In this document: positions 27,292-38,323 of the stretch, in pieces | How positions within the stretch are numbered: the stretch's first letter is position 1 | Layout of the letters: each line of letters begins with the position of its first letter | Origin: Patellaria atrata CBS 101060 | Taxonomy: Eukaryota | DNA: 64,000 nucleotides | Reading direction: 5' to 3' | Assembly (NCBI GenBank): GCA_010093705.1 | Contig: MU006097.1 | Span: forward strand, 1,030,715-1,094,714 | Program-made: the position numbers and the translations under genes | Notes under the pieces: model-generated | The model's input: the letters and a program-made list of their open reading frames with translations, nothing else | The model's database searches: none | What the model was told of the DNA's origin: nothing

Positions 27292-28700
27292 ACAGAATAT
27301 TACATTTTTAGTTGGTATGTCTTATGATTAGACTTTCACGCCTCAGTCCTTTTCCTTACTAATCCTCCATAAGGACATTGAATACTTAGACTAGATGCCT
27401 TGGAACAACCTGGACACTGGATCCAAACTGTGTTCACGTGGACTATCACTTGTCAGGCCAGATCTTGTCGTCTGACCCATCCAATTAGAGGGAACCATCC
27501 CAACTCCGGAGTGGACGTAGACCGCAACCGGAGATGGATATACACTAGGAAAAAAAACCCAAAAAAAACCCTTCAGGACCCTTCAAACCATGGATACCTG
27601 ATAATAAGGGCCGTTCCTCCCTCGCTCCTGTCCAATTCGAGGGGTAGATCTTATAGTTCGTTGTGGAGCGATGCTTAGATATTATAGATTGGTACCAATA
27701 GGTGTATATTTATCTTTCAACATACGCTGGTTGTGTTTGAGAGTATAAGTCGGCCATGTATGGATACCGCCTCCTTAGGCAACAAGTGGATATTTGGATC
27801 TCGTAATTGTCTGTTGGATTCTGCTATCGCGCGTTTTGCACATTTCCTTTTCTAGATCATTGGATAATAGACTATCGTACACATAGAGCCTGGTCACGTC
27901 AGGTCCGACAAGTGCCGACACGATGCGCTTACAACCACGTCACCCTCAGCTCACCTCGTATCTAACGTATGTCTTTTTGTAGCGAGAGCTTCATATATCT
28001 CCCTCCCGTAAGCTAGAGGGGAAGAGTATAGTCTATAATTCAGCGATACTCTAAGATGGGCTTTTTATTTGAGACAATGTAGCTAGATCGTATATACTTG
28101 TACTGTGCCTACAATACTATGGCTTATTGCCTCAATATGAGAAAGTTATTATCAAGATCGTGACGCGGACTCCCACTTAACGAGCTCTCTGGTCTCTATG
28201 AAAGCATCTAAGGACGAATAATGTTCGCAAACCGCAGCCAACCAATGCGATTCCCGTTTTATGGGCTAAATGGAGTGTGCGATGGGGTCTTCCAATCCAA
28301 TTCTCTTACACTCGATAGTTGTAAGATAAAAGCCCACATAACCTGCTATGACGTAAACCTATCTTCTTACCTGGTGACCCATTCACATAAGCAACTGCTG
28401 CAAAGACCGCCAAAGGTATATGAACACATGGCAACAATGATGCAATCCAATTGGTACTGTAACAGACCGGTGAAGTATGGAGTATGACCGTGTTCTATCA
28501 TTCGTAGTTTGTCCTGCTGCTACGTAAATGCCCTTCCTGCCACTCGAACAGCACCCTGACATGCAACGTACCCCAGCCTCAATTAGCCCCTTCCCATTGC
28601 GCCAGTCATCAGACGGGGTACCCACGGACCGCGGCAATACCTTATCGGGCTTCAGAAATTACTGGTAATGAATGAAACCTACGGTTTCCAAGGTTTAAAT

Positions 28701-28772
28701 GCTCCGCTGGCGCAATGGTAGCGCGCCAGACTTCTAATCTGGAGGCTGCGAGTTCGAGTCTCGCGCGGAGTG
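28701..28772 (+). tRNA. tRNA-Arg (anticodon TCT), intronless
   Basis: Full cloverleaf: acceptor GCTCCGC/GCGGAGT, D arm GCGC-AATGGTA-GCGC, anticodon arm CCAGA-CTTCTAA-TCTGG, T arm GCGAG-TTCGAGT-CTCGC. Confidence 0.96.
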
Positions 28773-31327
28773 CATCGCAGTGATTTCACTTTTGCGGATT
28801 ACTTTTTGTTATATCTTTGCATGCATGGTTTGAAGTGTCATGTTCTCTTTGAGGATACCTTACGGGTGGGTGCAGGCGTGAGAACTTGACGATCGGTTGG
28901 GTGGAAAGTTGCCCTTATTTTGCGATCTCGGATGGTTGATGAACTTCCAGGACTATTTTTACTGCTTTGCCATATCACTTCAAGCATACTTAATGAACAT
29001 GCTTACGGATGGAAGTGCGACTTTACGTACACCATAGCATCTTTAATACTGTTACTGTCTACAAAAGTCCAAGTGGACAACTTCAAGCTCCATCATATAC
29101 CACACTGTTCCAACTCCATACAGGCATAAATTTCTTCTCTACACAACTAGGAAACGCACCCTACCTCGAACGAACAGCGACGACCTAGAAGCAGTAGATT
29201 ACATCCAGTACATGGTTTCCTGCAAGTCCATGCGCTCTTACCTACGATTAGGATGATTCGCAAACTCGTTCCAATCCCGCCTCATCTCCATCGCGACCTG
29301 ATCCTCAGGAACGTCTTTGACAGACCTCGGATTCGGACGAGCGGTCATGTCGTTTTTGGGAGGCGCGAACCACTTTCGCAAGTACTGACGTCCGCGCTCG
29401 CAGAGGCGATCAGCGTAGTACGCAGGGGGTGCGTAGGATACAGCAAGCGTTGCTCGGACGTAGGTGTGGCAGAGCTTGTGACTCTAGGATACATTAGCCC
29501 TGTACGGGGACGGAAGTATCATGTCAGTAAAGGGAATAACCAGTATGGGCTTACAAAGTCCTGCAAGTCGGCTGCGGATCCCCGAATCTCGTTCTGGAGC
29601 ACAAAATAATGAGTTGGTCTCGTCGTGGACCTCGTCTCACCGTCGGACCCAGCTCTAAGGCCATAGTGGCTTTGGAGGTAAAAATCTAAGTAATAGGGTG
29701 ATGTGACGCTGATTTCACGAGCGTTCCTGGTGGACAGTTTCTCTGCTTTCCCCACGCAGGTTGATGTCTGCTGTTTGCGATGATAGGCTTTTTCTGATTG
29801 TCGTTCACGATGGGATAGAAGCGGACATGGTGCCGCTTCGTTGCCACTATTGCAGCGATCTCGACTCTGGGGCATTTGGCCTGCGTGTGATGCTTTTTCC
29901 ATACTCTTTCGGCTGCTGGTCGGATCTTCGATACCTCGACTTCTCGGACTGCAGTGTATTGGCTCTCACTGACTCCATCCCTATAGTAGATGACGCTTTT
30001 GGGCCATTTATTGTTGAGTAAGCAGAACTGCTCAATCCGCTTAGGAACAAGGCTCTCGAAATTTAAGATCATCTATGGTATGTCAGTTCTGTTGGTGCCG
30101 CATATAGCTATGTTTTAGCTTACCTCCTGTCTCGATTCCTGTTGAAGACTTAAAGATCCTAAAAATCTGCCACCGTAACGATCAACATTACCAACCATCG
30201 CCGTAACTGATAGGGTACCTTTCACACTTGCAGGACCCGGATGAGTAACGTCTGCTCCAATGACGAGGATGTTCTCGAAGGTCAGATTCTCAACTGCATG
30301 ATTGATCCCTCCACTCTTCAAATTGATTTTCAACGCAATATCGCCCATGAACGCCTGGAATTTATTCATATCAAATGCTTTTTTGATGGTCTGTTCCGTG
30401 ATACAGAGAGAATGCAAACCATATTTGCGATCCGCAATACGTTTAAACAACGCATGCTCAGCAATCTTCTTCCGATTCATAATCAAAATAACAAGGTTCG
30501 CCTTGTTCATTAGGGCTGTCTCAAATCCGCGATCGAGTTCATTTTCGTTTATTATTTAGAGAGGAGTTTCAGTAACATTTTGCGCCACAGGGATACCGTA
30601 CAGTTTCAAAGGGTCGTACAGGTATTGATGCCAGTTCCTGTTACGAAGTTGCGGACCGTATAGCACGTGTATCCTGATCTCTTTGTTCCCACTTGTAACA
30701 TACAGGCGTAAATCGAGGAGATTCCACTGTGCGTTTCGCCCAACCGAGATTATAGAATCTGGACGAGCTTTGGATGGTTTCGACGGTTCGCACCATCTAT
30801 TACGGTATCGTACCTATGGCGCGTTTACCTTCCTATTAGGTACAGTCATGAAACGCGGGCAAATCCTGAGAGCATCCCGAGCCTTATAAAATTGTTAGAT
30901 AATATCACCTTCGGTGTCATAGCTACTTACGAAGACAATATCCGTTCCATTCCGAATATCAGGCAGCGGCAAGCCTAGTGCAGGCAACCCTTCGAAGACA
31001 ATGCATGATCGATTCTGGTCTGGACTGCGACAAGCAAGGGTGATCATACTATCGGTGAGATCAGCAGGCAACAATTGCTTCAACTGCTGATATGGGAGGA
31101 TCTGTAGGTATTCAGCTGGGAACCATACGGTCCTGCCCGATTCACCGATGTCAACGCAGGTACGTTTTTGACCGTAATAGATTTGTCGTGTCCTGCCTCG
31201 TATGCAGTTTTCTTTACATCCTAATATCATACTTACTCGACTTGAAGAATCTCTCCACCATGAAAGTCTCCTTTGTTTTATTGTCCGTAAAACATTCATC
31301 CTGTGGCGGTCTCCTGGAAAACCCTTT

Positions 31328-31545
31328 TATGGTCTTTACTCTTCTATGGTCTTTACTCTTCTATGGTCTTTACTCTTCTATGGTCTNNNNNNNNNNNNNN
31401 NNNNNNNNNNNNNNNNNNNNNNNNNNNNNNNNNNNNNNNNNNNNNNNNNNNNNNNNNNNNNNNNNNNNNNNNNNNNNNNNNNNNNNTATGGTCTTTACTC
31501 TTCTATGGTCTTTACTCTTCTATGGTCTTTACTCTTCTATGGTCT
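31328..31545. repeat. 17-bp minisatellite (TATGGTCTTTACTCTTC)n spanning an assembly gap
   Basis: About 3.4 perfect copies on each side of a 100-N gap (31387-31486). Confidence 0.95.
31387..31486. other. Assembly gap (100 N) inside the minisatellite
   Basis: Run of n characters. Confidence 1.
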
Positions 31546-34202
31546 AAGTTTAGCATTTCGTCTAGAGCACCTTTCTCATTCTTTCTCTCTATGGTGATAT
31601 AGACTCGCAATCCGATCAGGGCTTTCTGTCTACGATCCGGATTGGGGTAATTGTTATAGAAATCGCTAACAAGGAAAGTATTATAGAATGCACTCATACA
31701 AGTGTTGACATTGAGAAGAATCTCACCCATACCCGGCTTGAGGGTGGTGAAGTACCCCCGAAGCGCGCAGAGTGTCTTATTACTCTTTGAAAGTACCGTA
31801 TTGCTTCGCTTAAGAAAAACTTTGTTCGCTCCTGATATTATGGATTCCATTGGACCTTGAGCACTTTCTAATCCACTGGAGATGGGAATATTGACGGCAC
31901 GAATTACGTTTGCTGAACCGTATCCGGTGCTGAAAAGGCTTGGGTCACTGTTTGTGAAGTCAAGAAACGTTTGAAGATCAATTTCCTTGTTGAATTTAAC
32001 CTCTAGGGTGTAGACAGTGGGATCTTGAGCCACATTCCTCCTTGGGGTTTCAACATCCAGTCGATCAATTATACATCCTTCAACGAGCGGGCCATCCCCT
32101 AAAGGTTTCTTTGAAATAATAGTGCACTCATAGTCGGTAGCCCAATGATCTCCAAATGTCCTGAGTATTCCACTATTTCCGGTTAATGCTTCCATCAGCA
32201 TTCGCTTCGTTCCTCGAGTCATCTTATTCTTCTTCTGTTGCTCAGACTCAACTTTTTGTTCCCTATTCATACCAGTCACAGTGTACTCGTAGAGTTTATC
32301 AATGCCGTTAAACTTAACAACGAAGTGATTAGTGTACACATTTTGACCTGATGCACAGTTGGTAAACCCTGGTCGGATGAAGTGGTAGCTCCCCTCGTAT
32401 TCGGTCCCTTTGATCACCTTATCTTTGATATGTCTGATGGCGTCGAGCTGATCTTGACTCGGTCTCTGGGAAACAAGATTGTGTCCATTGTTTGGAAATG
32501 CTGGAATAATAGACTGATTGTTCTGTGCCATAACTGTAACTAGGGGTTCGGCTTTTGCGCGTACCCGTCTATTAGGTGCCCGGGCAGAGGCTACAGATGG
32601 ATTAGGGGTCGGCTCTAATGGAAGCGCAAGGGATCCCGTCCCGACATTGAATCTCCGAACAGAACCAGTCGGAGATACGGGTGTTGGAATTTGAGTGGAA
32701 GTTCCTGTGGTCGCTATACGAGTTGGATTGTGTAACTGCGTCTGATTCAAGCTCAATTCAATATGAACCTGTGGCATGGGTGCATCTGCTGATTGGAGGG
32801 CACTGGCTGAAGCTTCCCTGTCGGCACTGCCCCTGAATGTTGCTCGCGGGATGGGTTTTCCAGGCGCCCATTCCTTTTCTGCTTTCCATTTTTTGCCTCT
32901 ACTGGTATTTTCGGGCCAAAGGTCGTCCAAGTCCCTGTCAAACCGGCAATCATCATTCTCGTGGGAGTTCTCAGCTCCACAGCGCTCACACAATTTAGGA
33001 CCTGGGTAAGGATTGGTTCGTTGCCGATTGGACATGTTGGACACGTTCTTGGTTGATTTCTAACTCTGTATGTAGTAGAGTATGTGAAAGAGAACCTCTG
33101 AGGTAGGAAAACAAGTACATAGGACTTTATTTTTGAGAAACCCGCTCAACTGTTATCGACACGCACGATAATAATTTATACAAACGACTAGAGAAACAAC
33201 TAGTGGCGTAGAGAACATGTGTTCCTCGTTGTGGTTAAAACACGATGCGGGCAAACATACCTCTTGGTCTATCATTTTTGACTAGTTGAAGAAGTAAACT
33301 AGGATCTGGGAAAAAAATAACTACTTAGATGTATTATGAAACAATGACATTAAGAAACAGGCTACACTTTGTATTAGTTTTGAGTCCGTTGAAATTGGTT
33401 TGCGTGTTTCAGCATCCAGAAGATCGATCCCGGGAAGCGTTGTTTCAACTGCTAGAGACCAACATGATAATATGGCAATGCCATGAAGAGAACAGATGAA
33501 AGGATTGTCAAGCAAAGTTGGATAAAAAGAAAGAATGGGGAGCTGATTGCTGAGCGGCGTGACTAACCGCGTGATAACAACTGAGGAGTCGACAGGAAAT
33601 TCAAGAACAGCAACCCACAGCATAAACCACCTTGAGAAGCAGGAAAAAGATATTCGGGTAAAATAGACCAACGAGATACCGTTGGGTGATGAATATTTGA
33701 TGAAAACATCAGACACTGCTGATTAGGTACTCACAAGACAGTGTCTATAAGCACCAAAGCTACCCGTCCAGCTCATCTCGATCCTTGGGTGAAATCAAGA
33801 ACGCATTTCATAGAATATGTCAGTAGTGGGTTCAATGAGTGATATCTCCCATATGTTCGAAAAAAGTGTCATAAGATTTGGCCAACATCTTAATGCCTGC
33901 CAAGAACCCATTTGCGCTATACTCTTTGCGGTAATAGTTACACAAAAGATATGGCTTCTGGATTAGATCGAGTGCAAGGACAGTCGAAAGTTTCTTTGTC
34001 TCTATTTTTCTTAACGTAGGAAGGTAGCTCTTGAAAAAGGAAGCGCACAAAAAGATATCAAAACTCGTTTTCGTGGTTCTAAACATGTCAGTCTTAAGTC
34101 TTTCTTCTAGGAACATTTCTTATGGACAAATTCTGTAAGTTGCGCAAATACACACATACTATAGCATTACTCATCAGTTTATAGAACAATCACTCAAACA
34201 GA

Positions 34203-34947
34203 TTACGCCTTCGCGCTTGTCGCCAACTCTTTCAAAATCGGATCCTTCAAGGTCTCCGGTTTGGTAGCACTCCAGTATCTGGACTTCACTTTCCCGTCTC
34301 GACCAATTAAGAACTTTTCAAAATTCCACTTGACTCTTTGGAGACCAAGTAAACCCGGCTTCTCCTTTTTCAACCATGTCCATACCTCGTCCTCAGCGTC
34401 CTCCCCCTTGGTAGTGCTCCCTTTCGGCTTTCCATTGACATTGACTTTCCCTAACACAGGGAAGCTGACTCCGTAATTGAGCTGGCAGAAGGACTGAATT
34501 TCATCGTTGGAACCAGGATCTTGCTCACCAAACTGGTTACACGGGAAACCAATTATCTCGAAGTCATTGGGGTGTGCGGCTTTGATCTCCTTATACAGTT
34601 TTTCAAGCCCCTCGAACTGAGGTGTGAACCCACACTTAGAGGCGGTATTGACGATGAGGACGACTTTGCCCTTTAGCTTGCTGAAGTTAAAAGGTTTGCC
34701 GGCTTCTACATTACAAGTGAAAGGTCAGATCTTATAGATCTTTCTGGAGCGCGTATCACTAACTATCTAAGGGCTGGAAGTCGTAAATGCTTTTGACAGA
34801 CGACATGCTGCGAACTTCAGACGGCGCTGCAGCTAACGGATTGCTCCAAATGTTAAGAAATGGTCTAGTCTTCCTAACTCCTGTATAGGTGGGAGGCTGA
34901 TTAGGTAGTTTGATGGCAGTTTGAACTAGGGAACGAGAAACTTGCAT
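34203..34947 (-). CDS. HYR1: Glutathione peroxidase (Cys-type, Gpx3/Hyr1-like), 2 exons; second in-frame ATG at 34806
   Basis: SIYDFQPLD|KAGKPFNFSKLKGKVVLIVNTASKCGFTPQ (peroxidatic Cys encoded by TGT), GFPCNQFGEQDPG, VKWNFEKFLI. Intron ~34707-34763. Confidence 0.93.
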
Positions 34948-35782
34948 TTACAGTACGCGTGGCCAGAGAGGTCAAGAAGAGTATAGATATATGTATCCTG
35001 CCTGGTTCTCCTGGATCGTTGCAACCATATGAAGGATTCTCTCGGAAAACCTGTGTGCCGGTGACGCCGCCTCCCATGGTGTCATAGAAGCAAGAAGTTC
35101 ATTCGTTTAGAGCCACTCCGAAAGAGATGGGAGGGAATGACGCAACTACCGAGGTGTGGCTATTAGTTTTACAACATGGCGTTCAATTTATGAGGAAGAA
35201 GGCCTTGGCTCCTTCCTTTTCCTCCATCAATTAACATCCAGTTAGGGGTAGCCGACAGATGCAAATAGGGGTCGAGGTTAGCTACCTCCCAGAAAGAATT
35301 GCTGGAGGATACAGAGGTTGTCGTATTCTACTGTAAGCATTGAAATAGCAGAAATGCTCAAGCTTGGTGGAAGACCCTCAGAAACGGTTGTGCGATGACC
35401 CTAGCAGGTTTTGGCCCCTAGTACCCGCTTGTCCTAAGCAAATTTGGCCAACGGTTAGATCTTCCGAGCTATTACTTCTACTCTACCGACCCTTTCCAGA
35501 AATCCCTCATATCTTGACCGCGAAATCTCTAAGTACTTCTACAGGCATGCTTCATTAGGCGTGTCAACATGCTACATTACGCGAGAATGGCCGAAAAGTA
35601 ACCACAAAAAAGCAACATACTAGGGATGTTGGAATAGCAGGACACGATTGGGAGTACTCCTCAGCCTAGTGTGATAAGCGGGCGCCTATGAGCAGAAGGT
35701 ATTGCTGTGCCGTATAGGAAGCAGGAAGGTATATTTACCTCCTCTTAGACGGATTTTAAATGACATTCAGTATACTAACATT

Positions 35783-37876
35783 ATGGGTTCAGACACGCTT
35801 CAAACCCAATTTTCCTGCAATGTTTGCGAAGACCTTGCCAGCGGCCAATGGAGATACTGGAGCGATTACCAGAGCGTCTCCCAGCTGCATGTTGGAATAG
35901 AAAATGGATGTGAGATCTGTAGGATCCTGAAGGAGGGGATTAAGGCTAGCGGTCAGGAGACGGATGTCATGTGGAGCCTTGTCGATACTGGCGCCGGCGA
36001 ACCGTTACATATGAGACTGCGCTCTAAGTCTGGGACAAACTGGAAGGGGAACCTAGAATTTTATACTCGTTCCAGTAAGTATAAATCACTTCATTCTATC
36101 TGAATCGCTAGTCATGGGACGAGCCGGTAGTATGAAGTAGAGTAGTAGAGTAGCCGAATTTCCATGTTTTTTCAATTTATGATATCTGGATTTAGTTTCA
36201 TTGATGATTCTCTGATGGTATGAAAATTAGAGCATCCATCTCGTTGGCCTGCTTTTGGAGTGGGCAGAGAAGTCTCGATAGATCCCCTATCCGAAGGGTG
36301 CGTGAACCTTGTCTCGGACTGGATCAACGATTGCACTAGGGAGCATATCGACTGCTCGGGCCCTCATCCTACTGTATTACCAACTAGAGTGATTGACGTC
36401 GGATCTGAATTTGAAGAACCTAAGTTACGCATTAGCAATTCATCTGAATCCGCTAAATATGCCGCTTTGAGTTATTGCTGGGGCAAGATACCATTCCTTA
36501 AGACAACGGCAAGCACCTTGTCTAAGCACAAGGCTGGCATACCTTTTGACAAACTTCCCGAAACATTTAGGGATGCTATTCTGCTCTGCCGAAAACTCCA
36601 AATCCGCTACTTGTGGATTGACGCTCTCTGTATCATCCAAGGTAAGGCGCAAGTACTACCACTTTCAACTCCTATTTGATTGACGTTCTTATTAGGCTCG
36701 AAGGAAGACTGGGAAAAGGAATCAACGAAGATGGCTCAAGTATACGGGAATGCATATGTCACCCTTGTAGCATTCATATCCCAAAACACGTATGAGGGCT
36801 GTTTTCCCAGGAAAAGACATCTCGCTACATCAGTTGAAATACCTTGCCAGGGTGCTGATGGGACAATGCCTTCTATTTACGTTCGGAATGCATTATCAGC
36901 TCAGCACGAGGAGTTACTCGTCTGGAACGAATCAAATACTTTGACTACTCGCGGGTGGTGTTTCCAGGAAAGTCTCATGAGCAGACGACTGCTCATATTC
37001 ACCGACACAACCATCGTTTGGGATTGTCTAACAATCAGGGAGTGCGAGTGTAGTCCCAAACCCCTCGATCCCATCCGTGAGGGTTACCATTCTCTAAGAC
37101 GCTCCTGTGCCAATTCCATCAGAGATGACCTCAGCTCTGACACACTCCATGCTGCATGGACAGTAGTTGTAGATAGCTACACGAAACGTGATTTCTCACA
37201 CATAACAGATCGCTTGCCGGCTCTATCGGCGATCGCTGAATCCATGGCTCGTTGGACAAACGATACCTATATCGCTGGGTTGTGGAAAGGAGCCATTGTC
37301 CCTGGGTTGCTCTGGCAGAATATAGCAGGATGGAGAGAGTCGCGTAAAAGACTCTCTCCTTATTACGCTCCGTCTTGGACTTGGGCTTCAGTGACTGGCA
37401 TGATCTTCTTTGATGAAGATGAGGAATTTGCTACGAAACGAAAGTGCTCCGTTATAGAAGCCGTGTGCGTACCTGCGACTCTCAACCCCTTCGGTCCCGC
37501 GAAATCGGGACATCTTAAACTCCGCAGTATGATTTTCGACGTCAGTCTTGTCCTACCACCCAATGAGTTTGCTGGGGTCGAGTTTCGAATCCGAGGATCC
37601 CATGAAGATGCACTAGGACATATAGAAGAATATAGTGCTACCCTAGACGTCTGTGACGAGGGAATTTATGAAATTAAAGATGGCGCTGAGCACAAGATCA
37701 TTCTCATAACCTACACTGCCGACTATGCCCGATTCTTGCTTCTCCAAGCCTCAAATAACGTTCCTGGTGCTTTCGAACGTATCGGGCAGGGTAGTATGGC
37801 TCTCCCAACGGAAGCTGGAAGCTCTCGTGGAATTGAATCGGATGCGGGATCGACGGAAGAGATAACTCTAGTATAA
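35783..37876 (+). CDS. Heterokaryon-incompatibility (HET-domain) protein, standalone type, 3 exons
   Basis: LPTRVIDV, YAALSYCWG, YLWIDALCIIQ, MAQVYGNA, RGWCFQE, DRLPALSAIA, YIAGLW, APSWTWAS. Introns 36075-36230 and 36642-36695 keep the frame open. Confidence 0.92.
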
Positions 37877-38109
37877 ACCATTTCGTTACAATTTGTTGCA
37901 GTTCTCTTCAAAGCAAGGCACTGTTTATTTATCTAGTCATACAGTAAAACGTTGAATTCCTTGTCTTTCATTTCCCTTCGTACACATGAAGCATCAAACC
38001 CCTTTTGTAGTCCAGCAAGACTCCCAAGATATCGGCAAATAAACCTCCCTAAACATTCACAACACCGCACATGACTCACCCTTCCAGTCTCCCGCACCCC
38101 ATCCTTTTA

Positions 38110-38323
38110 ATCAAACGACCGGCAGCCCTATCCTCAACTAACTTAGCAGGGCGGTCAGGCAGTCTGACTACGATCCCCCTCCCTCTCGAAACGGTCGTCG
38201 GTTCAAATCCCTCCGGGCGGGTTTATAGGTCAATGGAGTAGCGGCAGCAAAAACCCGTCTGGGAGGTCAAGGAGGCCTACGGGCCTAATTGTTTTGTGAA
38301 TTTGAATAAATAAATTTTTTTTT
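38110..38323 (+). ncRNA. Candidate Pol III-type structured RNA or tRNA-derived SINE-like element (unidentified)
   Basis: A-box-like TAGCAGGGCGG (38144-38154), B-box GGTTCAAATCC (38200-38210), several complementary stems, a C(UACG)G hairpin at 38273-38286 and T9 at 38315-38323. Confidence 0.5.

Larger units (their letters stand above)
29199..33035 (-). pseudogene. QDE-2-like Argonaute (N, L1, PAZ, MID, PIWI), disrupted
   Basis: Motifs RGYFTTLKPGMGEILLNVNT (L1), VWFPAEYLQIL (PAZ end), ALKINLKSGGINH, IGADVTHPG, YYRDGVSESQY, VATKRHHVRFYP, RPTHYFVL, SYAPPAYYADRLCERG, terminal LQETMYWM*. Lesions: 17-bp repeat array in PAZ, in-frame stops at 30814-30816 (TAG), 30556-30558 (TAA) and 29238-29240 (TAA), and a frameshift near 29708. 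Confidence 0.88.

Noticed and set aside
29238..30816. Argonaute stops as A-to-I editing or readthrough sites of a functional gene
   Set aside because: Only one stop is TAG; two are TAA, and there are frameshifts plus the repeat, which editing cannot repair.
31328..31545. Repeat array beside an Argonaute as a CRISPR-like or guide array
   Set aside because: The units are head-to-tail with no unique spacers, and they derive from the gene's own coding sequence.
33321..34116. ORFs between Argonaute and GPX as intact genes
   Set aside because: Short, AT-rich and interrupted, with no domain or consistent splice model; at most a remnant.
34600..34650. Selenocysteine in the glutathione peroxidase
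   Set aside because: The active-site codon is TGT (Cys), not TGA.
38161..38200. Hammerhead ribozyme (CTGA...GAAAC)
   Set aside because: The core reads CTGACTA rather than CUGANGA, and the three flanking stems cannot be built.
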